Positions 10,249 to 20,101 of a DNA stretch of 64,000 bases are shown here, piece by piece. How positions within the stretch are numbered: position 1 is the first letter of the stretch; each line of letters begins with the position of its first letter. Origin of the DNA: Candidatus Poribacteria bacterium (GTDB lineage Bacteria > Poribacteria > WGA-4E > PCPOR2b); the NCBI GenBank assembly GCA_965222805.1, contig CBDCUX010000005.1:3108770-3172769 (forward strand), written 5' to 3'. The position numbers and the translations under genes are program-made. The notes below the pieces were generated by a model that worked only from the letters and a program-made list of their open reading frames with translations, had not been told where the DNA came from and made no database searches.

Positions 10249-11049
10249 TTATCTTTCGCGTGCTTTGATCAGTGCGCTCACACGGTTTGCATCAACTCCG
10301 TTTGTTGTAACACCACCACCTTTAATTGAGGTGCCAACGATAACGCCATCTGCGCACTGCAAAACTTCGGTGAGGTTATCGACCGTTACACCGCTTCCAG
10401 CGAAGACACTAGCTTGTGGAACCGCTGATTTCACAGATTTTAATTCACTAAGATCTGCACCTCTGCCCGTTGCGGTTCCCGTAACGATCAACGCGTCCGC
10501 AAGTCCGCGATGATACGTGTCCTCCGCACTCGCGAGGATATCGAACCGCGCAAGTGGCACCGCATGTTTCACGGCAATGTCGGCGAAAATTTTAACCTCA
10601 CTTTTGAGGGCGGATCGGTAGCGCAAGGTTTCGTGTGCCTTCCCTTGGATAATACCTTGGTCGGTGAGCATTGCGCCGGTGTGCACGTTGGCACGGATAA
10701 AGTTTGCGTTTGTAACCGTTGCGATTGCTATCGCCGATTTTGCGTCGTTACGCAGGACGTTGAGTCCGATCGGTGTTTTCGGATGGCGTTCTCGAATTTC
10801 GTTCGCAATGAGTGTTAGTGCTGCAACGGTATGGGGCTCGACACTATCCGGACAGAAGGGCACATCCCCATAATTTTCAACGATAACCCCGTCGATTCCG
10901 TTATCAATTAGTGCTCTTGCGTCTGAAAGGGCACGGGTGCGAATTTCATGGAGAGATTGGGTTGATTGGGGGCTGCCGATTAGCGGGGGTAGATGAATCA
11001 CGCCGATGATCGGTCTGGGATGATTAAAAAGCTGATTGGTTCCTTGCAT
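10249..11049 (-). CDS. BtpA/SgcQ family TIM-barrel protein
   Basis: N-terminus IIGVIHLPPLIGSP...GIDGVIVENYGDVPF is typical of the BtpA/SgcQ family. Confidence 0.6.
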   Translation of the reverse strand: MQGTNQLFNHPRPIIGVIHLPPLIGSPQSTQSLHEIRTRALSDARALIDNGIDGVIVENYGDVPFCPDSVEPHTVAALTLIANEIRERHPKTPIGLNVLRNDAKSAIAIATVTNANFIRANVHTGAMLTDQGIIQGKAHETLRYRSALKSEVKIFADIAVKHAVPLARFDILASAEDTYHRGLADALIVTGTATGRGADLSELKSVKSAVPQASVFAGSGVTVDNLTEVLQCADGVIVGTSIKGGGVTTNGVDANRVSALIKARER

Positions 11050-11167
11050 ATCCCGAAAATCTTTCGCTCGCAGGAAGATCTTACCCAGCTAGCACCGATG
11101 AAGTCCTAGACAACTTCGGCTAACTTCATATCAACTACGCCTGTCTCCTCTGGACTAATCGAGACTA

Positions 11168-11974
11168 TTACTGCAGATGGGACAACATTGCCAGCGGCGT
11201 TGTTGCAAGCAGACCCGCATCAATGGGAAGTAGCACGCCGGAAATCCAACGGGATTCATCGCTAGCGAGAAATAGCCCTGCCCACGCAATATCCCAAGCG
11301 GTGCCTTCTGTCCCCAAAGGACCTGATCGACGGCGGAGATCACGCAGTTCATCCGAGATGGTAGTCGTCATTGGGGCGTAAATGTGTCCCGGGGCGATGC
11401 AGTTGACCCGAATGTTATCCCGTCCGTGATGTACCGCCATATTGTGCGTCAAGGAGATCGCACCGCCTTTCGATACAGCGTAGGGGATGTTCTGCCAGAT
11501 ATTTGCTCGCAGTCCATCAATTGAAGCGATATTGATAATCGAACCACCACCTGCCTCAATCATCTTAGGAATGGCGTGCTTAGATGCCAGCATCATACCC
11601 TTGAGATTAACTGCCATCACATCATCCCAGACATCTGGATCTACATCAACGACCGTCCCTGCCCCGCCGATGGCGGCACTATTGAACAGGATATGCAACT
11701 CACCGTATCGCGCAACGGCTGCTTCAGCCATCGCTTGACAGTCATCATTTTGGGAGACATCGGCGACGAAAATTGACGCCTCCCCGCCTTCTTCCTCAAT
11801 AGCAGCAAGAGTTTTCTCCGCATTTGAGAGATTTCGGTCTACCAGCAAGACCTTGGCACCCTGCCTAGTAAAGAGGATTGATGTCGCCCGTCCAACGCCA
11901 TCCACCGGGGTACGGCTCCCCGCTCCGGTAACAATGACAACTTTGCCTGCTAACCGTGTCCCACTGTTTTCCAT
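11168..11974 (-). CDS. Short-chain dehydrogenase/reductase (SDR) family oxidoreductase
   Basis: TGAGSRTPVDGVGRA Rossmann motif, a NSAAIGG region and a catalytic YxxxK context. Confidence 0.8.
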   Translation of the reverse strand: MENSGTRLAGKVVIVTGAGSRTPVDGVGRATSILFTRQGAKVLLVDRNLSNAEKTLAAIEEEGGEASIFVADVSQNDDCQAMAEAAVARYGELHILFNSAAIGGAGTVVDVDPDVWDDVMAVNLKGMMLASKHAIPKMIEAGGGSIINIASIDGLRANIWQNIPYAVSKGGAISLTHNMAVHHGRDNIRVNCIAPGHIYAPMTTTISDELRDLRRRSGPLGTEGTAWDIAWAGLFLASDESRWISGVLLPIDAGLLATTPLAMLSHLQ

Positions 11975-12278
11975 TATTGCTTGACTTCCTTTGATTTTAT
12001 TTTCAATCTATTGAATCTTGTTTAGCGCATATAGGGCAAGCGTGCTGCCTCCCTCTACACTATAGAATGGGAAGGTTTCACCTCAAGGCGTCTATCATAC
12101 AGATGATTGGGTATCACGTCAACGGAAAAATTACGCCGCCCAATACCCTCGTCGATGAACCGCTTGACAAGTCGAGGAGTTATGAACAATAATGAGTTAG
12201 AAATGTGTTAGACACACTTACAAACATGCAACATGTGAACAGATATTGTATCTTCTCGTCGATAATCCAGTATATAAA

Positions 12279-12577
12279 CTGAGGGGTGTGCATACGTAGA
12301 TATCTTGGTCATAATCGCATAATTTGAGCAGAGTAATCCTATTAGCTGGATATATACATTGCGCTCCGCTGGAGCGCGAGCATTGGCTGTATCGGCATTC
12401 TATAGACATATCGCTCCTCTGGAGCGAAGATAGCCGTCGGGTCGGTGGGTTTTTGGGTATTTGGTTTGCTGAAGGTACGCCGGCTCGGTAGCTGCTTTGT
12501 TTGCTTATCCGTGTTTTCTGTGTAATCTGCTGAATCCGTGATTCAGACAATAATCATGTACACCCCTCAGATTAAAT
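12279..12577 (+). mobile_element. MITE-like element, copy B (direct orientation relative to copy A)
   Basis: Same TIRs and internal palindromes as copy A. The ORF-track peptides MSESRIQQITQKTRISKQSSYRAGV... inside both copies are repeat artefacts. Confidence 0.6.
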
Positions 12578-12589
12578 GAGGGAATTACT

Positions 12590-13312
12590 ATGAAAATATT
12601 GCTGACAGGTGCAGCCGGCTTTGTGGGACGCGCTGCAGTCGATATCTTGAGCCAAGACCATGAAGTGACTGCTTTTGACATTCGCCCGGTGGTTGACTAC
12701 GACAACGCCGTTCAAGGTGATGTACTTGACTATACAACGCTTGAAGCCGTAATGGCAGACCATGATGCAGTTGTCAATACGATTATGGCACCCAATAGTA
12801 GTTACGGTATGGACGGTCCGGGCTTTGATATTAATGTACGGGGTATGTTCAACCTTCTTGAAGCTGCGCGTGTATGCCAGATCCAGCGATTCGTCCATAC
12901 ATCCAGTGGGGCGGTCCATGGAGGTTATCCGGAGGACACTTTCCTCACGTATGATCTATATCCGCTCAAAGCCTCCAGTTCCTATGATCTTTCTAAGGCA
13001 CTTCAGGAAGAGCTCGCCCGAAATTATCACGAACAACACGGTCTGTCCATCGCATGTATTCGACCGTGGGGCATCATTGATTCAGATGAAATGGTGACGA
13101 CCGATGGCCATCCTGTCAACGACTATTATTATGGCACGATTGATAGACGAGATGTTGCGTCCGCGCTAAAATGTGCCCTAGAGACACCGGATATTAGCTA
13201 CGATTGTTTTTATATATTTTCCACACCGGGGGGCTATAAAAAAGGAGACGTGGCACGGACAGAAAAGCTGCTGGGTTGGGAGCCGGTTTATCGATTTGAT
13301 GCGGACCTTTAA
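12590..13312 (+). CDS. NAD(P)-dependent epimerase/dehydratase-like short SDR
   Basis: MKILLTGAAGFVGRA Rossmann fold. Paralogous to the product of 36224..36982. Confidence 0.7.
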   Translation: MKILLTGAAGFVGRAAVDILSQDHEVTAFDIRPVVDYDNAVQGDVLDYTTLEAVMADHDAVVNTIMAPNSSYGMDGPGFDINVRGMFNLLEAARVCQIQRFVHTSSGAVHGGYPEDTFLTYDLYPLKASSSYDLSKALQEELARNYHEQHGLSIACIRPWGIIDSDEMVTTDGHPVNDYYYGTIDRRDVASALKCALETPDISYDCFYIFSTPGGYKKGDVARTEKLLGWEPVYRFDADL

Positions 13313-13603
13313 TCTAAGCCCGGCAAGGAGTCGCTTGAATTAAAAAACCCTTGAAATCTGGTGAGGGTTGTGAGAAAATCATTGGTATCTAAGGCACGAA
13401 TTTAGAACCTGTTTTAAAAAGCAAGGAATGATCCCACGGTGCTATGGATTTGTCAATCCACAGCGCGCCACATCGCAAGGTAGGTGTTGGGGTTCCCAAC
13501 CCATCGGGCTTGGAAACCAAGCCCCTACGATTGACCTGACACGGTTTGCTGAATATGGTGATAATATGCCGTTGAATAGTGGACGCCCTTCTGGGTTGTG
13601 GAA

Positions 13604-13635
13604 GAAACCGAGTTTTGAAGAAAAAACTCGGTTTC
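13604..13635. other. Perfect 13-bp stem / 6-nt loop hairpin (gaaaccgagtttt-gaagaa-aaaactcggtttc) in intergenic region
   Basis: Seen directly. There is no U-tract after it on either strand, so it is not a canonical intrinsic terminator. Confidence 0.4.
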
Positions 13636-13729
13636 AGGGCAAATCACTTTATCCAAAATGACTTTTCAAACAGGCTCTTAGGGTTGTTTTACTAACAACA
13701 AATACCAAATTTAGTTTGGAGGGATGTAA

Positions 13730-14752
13730 ATGGGCAACATAGCAACAAACAACTTGGGAAGTACAGGGGTTCCCTTAACCCAATTAGGTTTCGGCGGGGC
13801 ACCGCTAGGAGATCTCTTTGAGATTATCAGCGAAACGCAAGCGCAGACAACCCTGCAAGGGGCATGGGATGCCGGTTTGCGCTATTTCGACACGGCACCG
13901 TTCTACGGCTACGGGAAGAGTGAGCATCGTTTCGGACATTTTCTCCGCCAACAGCCACGTAATGAATTTGTGCTTTCTACCAAAATCGGACGTGTGCTAC
14001 GAGCGACGCGTGACCCCGATAATTTCGACCAAGGGATGTGGGCTGGGGGACTGCCTTTCGATCTTTATTTTGACTATAGCTACGATGGGATCATGCGTTC
14101 CTTTGAAGACAGTCTTCAGCGGCTCAGTTTGAATTCTGTCGATCTCCTTCTTATCCACGATCTCGACCACCTATTTCACGTGAACGATACACGGATTAAC
14201 GCTCACATGATCCAGCTCGGCACTAGCGGTTGGCGTGCACTTGAGGAACTTCGTTCCAGCGGGCAGATCAAAGGGGTGGGGGCTGGCGTGAACGCATTGG
14301 GCACCATCCCGCGCTTTTTGGAGATGGTGGACCTCGATTTCTTTATCGTTGCGATGCCGTATACGTTGTTAGATCAGGATGTTTTAGACGCTGAATTTCC
14401 ACAGTGCGAGGAACGCGGCGTTGGTGTGGTAATTGGCGCGGTATTCGCCTCTGGCATTCTGGCGACAGGCGCGACGGAAAATGCGTATTACGCGTATGCC
14501 CCAGCACCCCCTGAGATATTGGAAAAAACGCGGCGCATTCAAGCTGTCTGCGATCGACATAGTGTGCCGCTACGAGCAGCGGCGTTACAGTTTCCGCTAG
14601 CGCACCCAATCGTCGCTGCAGCGATTCCGGGTGGTCTCACCCCAGAGCACGTTCAATCGAATGTCGAAATATTTGAACATCCCATCCCTGCGGATCTTTG
14701 GAGCGAGCTAAAGGCGGAAGGGCTGCTGCGTGAAGACGCACCCACCCCCTAA
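13730..14752 (+). CDS. Aldo/keto reductase family oxidoreductase
   Basis: LGFGGAPLGDLF...FDTAPFYGYGKSE are hallmark AKR motifs. RBS GGAGGG. Confidence 0.85.
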   Translation: MGNIATNNLGSTGVPLTQLGFGGAPLGDLFEIISETQAQTTLQGAWDAGLRYFDTAPFYGYGKSEHRFGHFLRQQPRNEFVLSTKIGRVLRATRDPDNFDQGMWAGGLPFDLYFDYSYDGIMRSFEDSLQRLSLNSVDLLLIHDLDHLFHVNDTRINAHMIQLGTSGWRALEELRSSGQIKGVGAGVNALGTIPRFLEMVDLDFFIVAMPYTLLDQDVLDAEFPQCEERGVGVVIGAVFASGILATGATENAYYAYAPAPPEILEKTRRIQAVCDRHSVPLRAAALQFPLAHPIVAAAIPGGLTPEHVQSNVEIFEHPIPADLWSELKAEGLLREDAPTP

Positions 14753-14892
14753 GTTTTTGTCAATTATATCTTGGCTTCCCACAAAAGTGAGTGGTAGAGT
14801 CGTTCGTTAGTCGATTGTAACTGGTCAATCATTCACCTTTCCTCTCATACACAGGCTAGATAAATCGGGCAGGTTGTGTTGCTGCGTAAGTT

Positions 14893-15768
14893 CTATACTT
14901 GCTGCTCTGTTGAGAGAATCCGAAACGGTGGATTGGAGGTTTCCCATTCTTGTAGTGATCGATAGAGTTGGGTTGATAAGAAATAAACGTATTCATACCC
15001 GGCTCTCAGAATTCTCTCAAGATCTTCCGGTTTGACTTCATTAGCATTATTTGTACCTAAAACACTGCGTAAACCAAATGACAGAATACAGACTAAATCA
15101 TGCCCACAGCAAATATCCCAAGAGTTGTGTTTTGGATCTGTGAGTTCATCAATCTTATTCTGCAAATCATTATCACTAAGATCATGTCTGAGCGACTTGT
15201 TTTTGACTTCTGGAATCAATTTACTGATATTGATATGCAGTGTATTACGGTCAATAAACTCCCTGAAACTAATACCTTCAAATTTCAGAGAGAGATTGTT
15301 TCGTTGAGAAACCCATCTTAAGTATCCAATCGGGCCAGCAGCAGTCAGCAGCGCTTGACGAACGTCCATTTTACTGTTTTCGATAAAACTGGCTATTTTC
15401 TTTTCAGAGCCAAATTCGTCAAGTAACTTTTCCAATGAAGGAGACTCAAGAAGCATCGTTTCTAAGTCATGTGTATCAGTTATAAACAGATTTGGACATG
15501 TTGGGTCCAGTTCCTCAAGTCGCCAAAAATCAGCATCAACGATGGCCACAACTCCCTCAACGTCAGCATCTTCGAGAATTTTGAGTGCTGCTAGCGCATT
15601 ATCTTTGTTATGTGCTGGCGTAATTTTGGTCTGCTTGGAGTCAACAAGGCGTTTGTAAACTCGGAAATCGGCGGTCTGACCTTCAACAATCAAGAAGGTC
15701 CCCCGGAATTGAGTGCGAGCCATTCGGATTCCGTTGGCAACATCATCTGCTGTGATGTAATTCCTCAT
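14893..15768 (-). CDS. DUF4435/OLD-family TOPRIM-like nuclease, PARIS AriB-like
   Basis: 291 aa. A TOPRIM-type glutamate (FLIVEGQTADF) and a DxD motif (VAIVDADF) lie ~50 aa apart. Its start ATG overlaps the upstream ATPase stop (ATGA). The region is low-GC (~38-40%). Confidence 0.55.
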   Translation of the reverse strand: MRNYITADDVANGIRMARTQFRGTFLIVEGQTADFRVYKRLVDSKQTKITPAHNKDNALAALKILEDADVEGVVAIVDADFWRLEELDPTCPNLFITDTHDLETMLLESPSLEKLLDEFGSEKKIASFIENSKMDVRQALLTAAGPIGYLRWVSQRNNLSLKFEGISFREFIDRNTLHINISKLIPEVKNKSLRHDLSDNDLQNKIDELTDPKHNSWDICCGHDLVCILSFGLRSVLGTNNANEVKPEDLERILRAGYEYVYFLSTQLYRSLQEWETSNPPFRILSTEQQV

Positions 15769-17150
15769 GAAGTCTCTGGTCCTTTCAATTCAACAGTCAG
15801 ATCCCAGCGATCATGAATAATTTGAGGTGAATGGGTCGCGATGAGCACGTCAAAGGAAGCAAGTTGAGTTATCTTTTGTAAATCTTGCAAAAATTGTTGC
15901 TGCCACGCGACATGTAATGAGAGTTCAGGTTCGTCAATGAGGATGAGGGAATTAGGGCGTACTTCGAACAGCAATTGGTACAACAGAACTAATTCATGTT
16001 GTTCGCCAGAAGATAACGAGGTTACAGGAAGAGGCTTATCGCCCCTAGTTAAAAAAGAAAATCCTTCTTGTCTCGAAATCGTCATTCTATTGTATCGGAA
16101 GCGTTCATTTATGATTTGCTTGAAGAGATCAATTTTATTCGTAATTTCATCAAGCACACTTAGTTTTTCTTCTACATCTTGAACGTAAACAGATAAAACT
16201 TCCTCTGTGTTTTTACTGATTTGTTGGATTGGCAGATCCATATCTCGTTCTTTATCTAAAAGTCCTACCTCCTCGAGTCTAGAACGCTTCTCTTCCAGTT
16301 CGTCTAGTTTGTTTTTAATTTCATCTTCGGTAAGTTCAGAATGCCCCATCTGCTGCACTAACCGAGCTGGAAATGTTCTGTCCAACGATTGAGATAAAGC
16401 CGCCGATTCTGCCAGTTTTTCTTGAATCTTTTCGGCTAACTCCTTTGAATATTCTTTGACAGTTGGCACCCATGCTATCATTGGCGGTCTGCTGTGAACA
16501 AATCTGTTTCTGGTCATTCTTCGACTAGAAATATTCAATAGTCGTTGCGTTTCAATGAGATGAATTTTGGTCGATTCTTTAACTTGAATCCACCAGCCTG
16601 GTTCTTTAAGCCTGAATGGTAAACGAGGTCCAAAACGATCTATAACTTCATCAAGATATAGAATCTCACCATCGTCGGCTATCCATTGCCTGGTTTCTAT
16701 CCGTTCTAAGCCCGTCACCTCTTCTATCATTGACAAAGGAGTCACATCTTCATTGATCTGGCCTAAGATGAAGGAATCTGTTTGTCCACTGTTCTCCAAA
16801 AAGTTGATGATGATTGGTGTTTTTGGCAGATGTGCACGTTTTTCAGTCACATTATCATCGGGATCCAGATTATCCCATAAAATCATTTGTTGAGTGCTGG
16901 ACTCAGATATTTCATCAATCCATATTGCACTCCCTTCCTCAAATCGAACCTCAAATTTACGAAAAGGGATGCTACGAAATTGTGCAAATCTACTGTTAAA
17001 TAAGCCGTTAAGCATCTGTAGCAAAATTGTTTTTCCAAAACCATTTGGACCGTGAATAATTGTTATGCGTTCTTCAGTATTCAACGATATCGTATGGTCA
17101 AATATTCCAAACAGACCTTCAACGATTATTTCTGTAATCCGCATTTTCAT
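15765..17150 (-). CDS. ABC/SMC-like AAA15/AAA21-type ATPase, PARIS AriA-like
   Basis: Walker A GPNGFGKT near the N-terminus, a long E/K/L-rich helical insert, then C-terminal Walker B LILIDEPELSLH and an ATHSPQI switch. Start taken at the ATG at 17150 (MKMRITEI) with a GAGGTG RBS. Confidence 0.6.
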   Translation of the reverse strand: MKMRITEIIVEGLFGIFDHTISLNTEERITIIHGPNGFGKTILLQMLNGLFNSRFAQFRSIPFRKFEVRFEEGSAIWIDEISESSTQQMILWDNLDPDDNVTEKRAHLPKTPIIINFLENSGQTDSFILGQINEDVTPLSMIEEVTGLERIETRQWIADDGEILYLDEVIDRFGPRLPFRLKEPGWWIQVKESTKIHLIETQRLLNISSRRMTRNRFVHSRPPMIAWVPTVKEYSKELAEKIQEKLAESAALSQSLDRTFPARLVQQMGHSELTEDEIKNKLDELEEKRSRLEEVGLLDKERDMDLPIQQISKNTEEVLSVYVQDVEEKLSVLDEITNKIDLFKQIINERFRYNRMTISRQEGFSFLTRGDKPLPVTSLSSGEQHELVLLYQLLFEVRPNSLILIDEPELSLHVAWQQQFLQDLQKITQLASFDVLIATHSPQIIHDRWDLTVELKGPETS

Positions 17151-17268
17151 CACCTCAACGAATGAGCTACTAATGGTAAAGTAATTTTAGAGTAGGTTCG
17201 CGCTATGTTTCGACAAAGAACACTCCAAAGTACATGCTTTTCTTGATTCGTGAACATACATATGTATA

Positions 17269-17297
17269 ATTATACATTTACCGCACCCAAATTTCAA
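17269..17297 (-). promoter_or_regulatory. Sigma70-like promoter for the ATPase/TOPRIM operon (-35 TTGAAA, 17-nt spacer, -10 TATAAT)
   Basis: The minus strand reads aggTTGAAAtttgggtgcggtaaatgTATAATtatacatatgta. A palindrome tacatatgta lies just downstream. This is ~110 nt upstream of the ATPase start. Confidence 0.35.
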
Positions 17298-17447
17298 CCT
17301 AAGGACAATGGGAGCAATCAAAGATATATCAATGGCTTGCTCCCACTCACATGAAGGATTTTGGTATGTAGTCTGAGAGCCACAAGAAGCATCTCCGCGG
17401 CGATGCGATAATTCCCTCCTCGTCCGCCTTCTGTGAAATTCGAGACA

Positions 17448-18914
17448 TCAACTGAACCGAATCGAATAGAGGTCTGCATCCTTCAACAGAAATCGTAGAC
17501 GGATGGGCTGCCCCGACAGCTGGCTCACATCAGTTCCATGCTTCCAAGTTACTATCCGTTCGAGGTCATCACCGAAGACTTCTGGGCAATCGTCCAATCC
17601 AAAGCCGGGGATGGCATCGCCTGACGCATCCTGAATTTCGATCTGAACGCTACCCACCCCAGAAGTTGAGAAGTTAATGATGAGACGATCTCCTTTAAAG
17701 GTTAGAGGCTTTGTTACGAATTCCCCACCGCTCAACGGCGCCTGCATTGAGACAAATCCATCAATTCGGAGCGTATAACGCCGCCAGCGACAATCGTCCC
17801 CTTGATGCGAGTCTTCACTCGCATAGACGGAAATCTCGTCGGGTGCACCGTCAATGTGCGATTTTGTCTCGACCAATCCCCAATTCTGATAGTTATCGCC
17901 GTAGAACCAGTTACCTCTCAACCGTAAGCCGGGACGGATAAACGATTCGGGCCAGATGTTGAAATGATCCCCATCTCGACTGCTCATGAACATTCCATCG
18001 GTCACGGCTGTCCCCTCACGCTCGGACACATGACCGCGGAGGCGGCGATACTCAAGCTCTGGCAAGGCTTTCGTCGATTCCGTCCACCCGCGATCGGTGT
18101 ATCGGGTTGGAAAGCCGAGGAAGATATGTGGGGCGCGATAGTATGGGATAATCTGATTCGTGTATAGCTCGCTGACACGGCTGGGCGAGTATTCCAGCCA
18201 CTCAGGCTCAGACCAGTTGAGGAAGTCGTTCGATGTCCCGGTGCGGATGTCGCGTCCCTCACGGAAATCGCGATGGTATTCACGGTATTCGCCGCGTACC
18301 GTATCCCAAAAGGCGAGGTTCTGCGAGTCAAACGCACCTTTGGTGATTACAGGTTCATCGTTCATGAGGGACCAGTGGATACCATCAGGAGATTTGAACG
18401 CATATAACGCTCTATCACCTGAGCCGAGTGCCTTGTACTTTTCGTCCGGCTTGCAATCGGGATTTTCGTCCTTAAAAGGCGCGAAGTTGTGTGATCCAAT
18501 CCCTTCCCAGATGATGTTGTTCCGCTTCCCACCATCGAACGCAATCAAGCCAAGTTCTGGCTTTGTCCAGTGTATCCCATCGCGGCTTTCAGCGTAGCAA
18601 ACTACCTGCGGGTGGGGATCGTCAAAGCCCTCAGTTGTATAAATGACGTGACTTCCTCGGTAATACATCCGGTAAAGATCGCCATCTTGAAACACAGTTT
18701 TATAGCCGCAGGTGCTACCCTCCCACGGATTATCGTAAACACAAGCAACGTCTTGAGGTTGGGGATGGTGTAACCGTTGCGTTGCACCAGATATTTCATC
18801 AATCAGATAATCGTCAACGAACAGTTCCAGCCGATCGCCGATGTCAATGGGTGAAACCGCTTGTGTAATTACATCTCTTGATAGCGTAAGCATTGCGGAA
18901 GCGATAGATATCAT
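17448..18914 (-). CDS. Secreted hypothetical protein (possible glycoside-hydrolase/BNR-like fold)
   Basis: 488-503 aa. The second ATG (MISIASAMLTLS) has an AGGAGG RBS and a signal-peptide-like N-terminus. No confident family assignment. Confidence 0.55.
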   Translation of the reverse strand: MISIASAMLTLSRDVITQAVSPIDIGDRLELFVDDYLIDEISGATQRLHHPQPQDVACVYDNPWEGSTCGYKTVFQDGDLYRMYYRGSHVIYTTEGFDDPHPQVVCYAESRDGIHWTKPELGLIAFDGGKRNNIIWEGIGSHNFAPFKDENPDCKPDEKYKALGSGDRALYAFKSPDGIHWSLMNDEPVITKGAFDSQNLAFWDTVRGEYREYHRDFREGRDIRTGTSNDFLNWSEPEWLEYSPSRVSELYTNQIIPYYRAPHIFLGFPTRYTDRGWTESTKALPELEYRRLRGHVSEREGTAVTDGMFMSSRDGDHFNIWPESFIRPGLRLRGNWFYGDNYQNWGLVETKSHIDGAPDEISVYASEDSHQGDDCRWRRYTLRIDGFVSMQAPLSGGEFVTKPLTFKGDRLIINFSTSGVGSVQIEIQDASGDAIPGFGLDDCPEVFGDDLERIVTWKHGTDVSQLSGQPIRLRFLLKDADLYSIRFS

Positions 18915-19263
18915 TGGTAAATACCCTCCTTGTTGATTTTCGATGATTCCGTAGGTCATTCATTGGTGTCCCGACGTGCTGTCAGTTCACCGGACATTGT
19001 AACAGGAACACGCCGAAAAAGGGATCGAAAAGCGAAACCTCTGTCACGATCCAGCCTAAGAACAACCGTTTTTTCCACAAAGATCTTTGCTGTTGACCTA
19101 GGTATAGCAAAGGGGTAAAATGGCTATTGTATATCTCCAAAGTAGGCGCGGAAAATCCAACCGCGGATTTGACAGATGGTGTAGATTTGTCTGATTCTCC
19201 TTACCGCCTGTCCCGTCCGTGAAATCCGCCAATCCCCGAACAGATTTTTTATAGGAGTGTAAT

Positions 19264-20037
19264 ATGTCCACTATCAAACGACCCGCACCTGAAATCATCG
19301 AAGCATTGTCTGAGTTGGGAACCGATGCCGTGACCTCCACCATGGAAGCGTTGGGTGTGCGCCGAACCTTTATGGAGGGTCCCATCGCTCGTGTGCCCGG
19401 GAGTAAAATCGTTGGACCCGCACTGACACTCCGCTTCACACCACAGCGCGAAGATCAGATGCGGGGCTATCAGATACCGGGGGCATCCGCTGAAGAATCG
19501 GAACCGGAAGGTGAGGAGGCCGGTGAGAAAACCTCTGCCTTGTGGGAGGTGATGTTTGAAGTGCAAACTGGGGATGTGATTGTGGTTGATGGCAGAGGCG
19601 ATCTCGCCACCGGCTGCTTCGGAGAGATGTTGATGACCTACTTCCAAGCGCAGGGCGGGGCTGGTGTCGTCATAGACGCCGGCATCCGGGATTCTGTGCC
19701 GATCTTTCAAGAACTGAAGGTGCCGGTCTGGTCAACGGCTGTGACCACCGGCGGGGCGGGGCATCTGAACCTCTTTCCCGCTGACTTCAACCTCCCCATC
19801 GGTTGCGGCAAGGTTTTGGTCAATCCCGGTGACATTATCATGGCGGACGATGGTGGGGCTATCGTTGTGCCGCCTCGGCTGATACCTCGCATCCTCGACA
19901 TCGCCGGTGAGCGTGAGGAGCATGAGGTCTTTGTCCGTATGAGACTACGGGAGGGCGGGGATCTGCGGAAATATTATCCGTTCAACGACGAAGGTCGAAA
20001 AGAGTATGAGGAGTGGTTGGCTGCTCAGAAGGGGTGA
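19264..20037 (+). CDS. RraA family protein (RNase E regulator / 4-hydroxy-4-methyl-2-oxoglutarate aldolase-like)
   Basis: RraA-like GDVIVVDGRGDLATGCFGEMLMTY and a GAGVVIDAGIRD core. Confidence 0.7.
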   Translation: MSTIKRPAPEIIEALSELGTDAVTSTMEALGVRRTFMEGPIARVPGSKIVGPALTLRFTPQREDQMRGYQIPGASAEESEPEGEEAGEKTSALWEVMFEVQTGDVIVVDGRGDLATGCFGEMLMTYFQAQGGAGVVIDAGIRDSVPIFQELKVPVWSTAVTTGGAGHLNLFPADFNLPIGCGKVLVNPGDIIMADDGGAIVVPPRLIPRILDIAGEREEHEVFVRMRLREGGDLRKYYPFNDEGRKEYEEWLAAQKG

Positions 20038-20101
20038 GTTGGTAGGAGGTCAAATTGAAGGAAGGTGTTCGTGGCTTTCCGTTTTTAATGAGAGGAAAAC
20101 T

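Noticed and set aside
13428-13661. 77-aa ORF MIPRCYGFVNPQRATSQGRC...
   Set aside because: It overlaps the palindromic tgtcaatccac motif and the 13-bp hairpin. The composition looks non-coding.
15765-17150. Alternative call of the ATPase pair as Gabija or Septu
   Set aside because: The partner protein has a TOPRIM-like E...DxD layout at ~290 aa, not a UvrD helicase (GajB) or an HNH (PtuB). The ATPase also lacks a fused TOPRIM domain.
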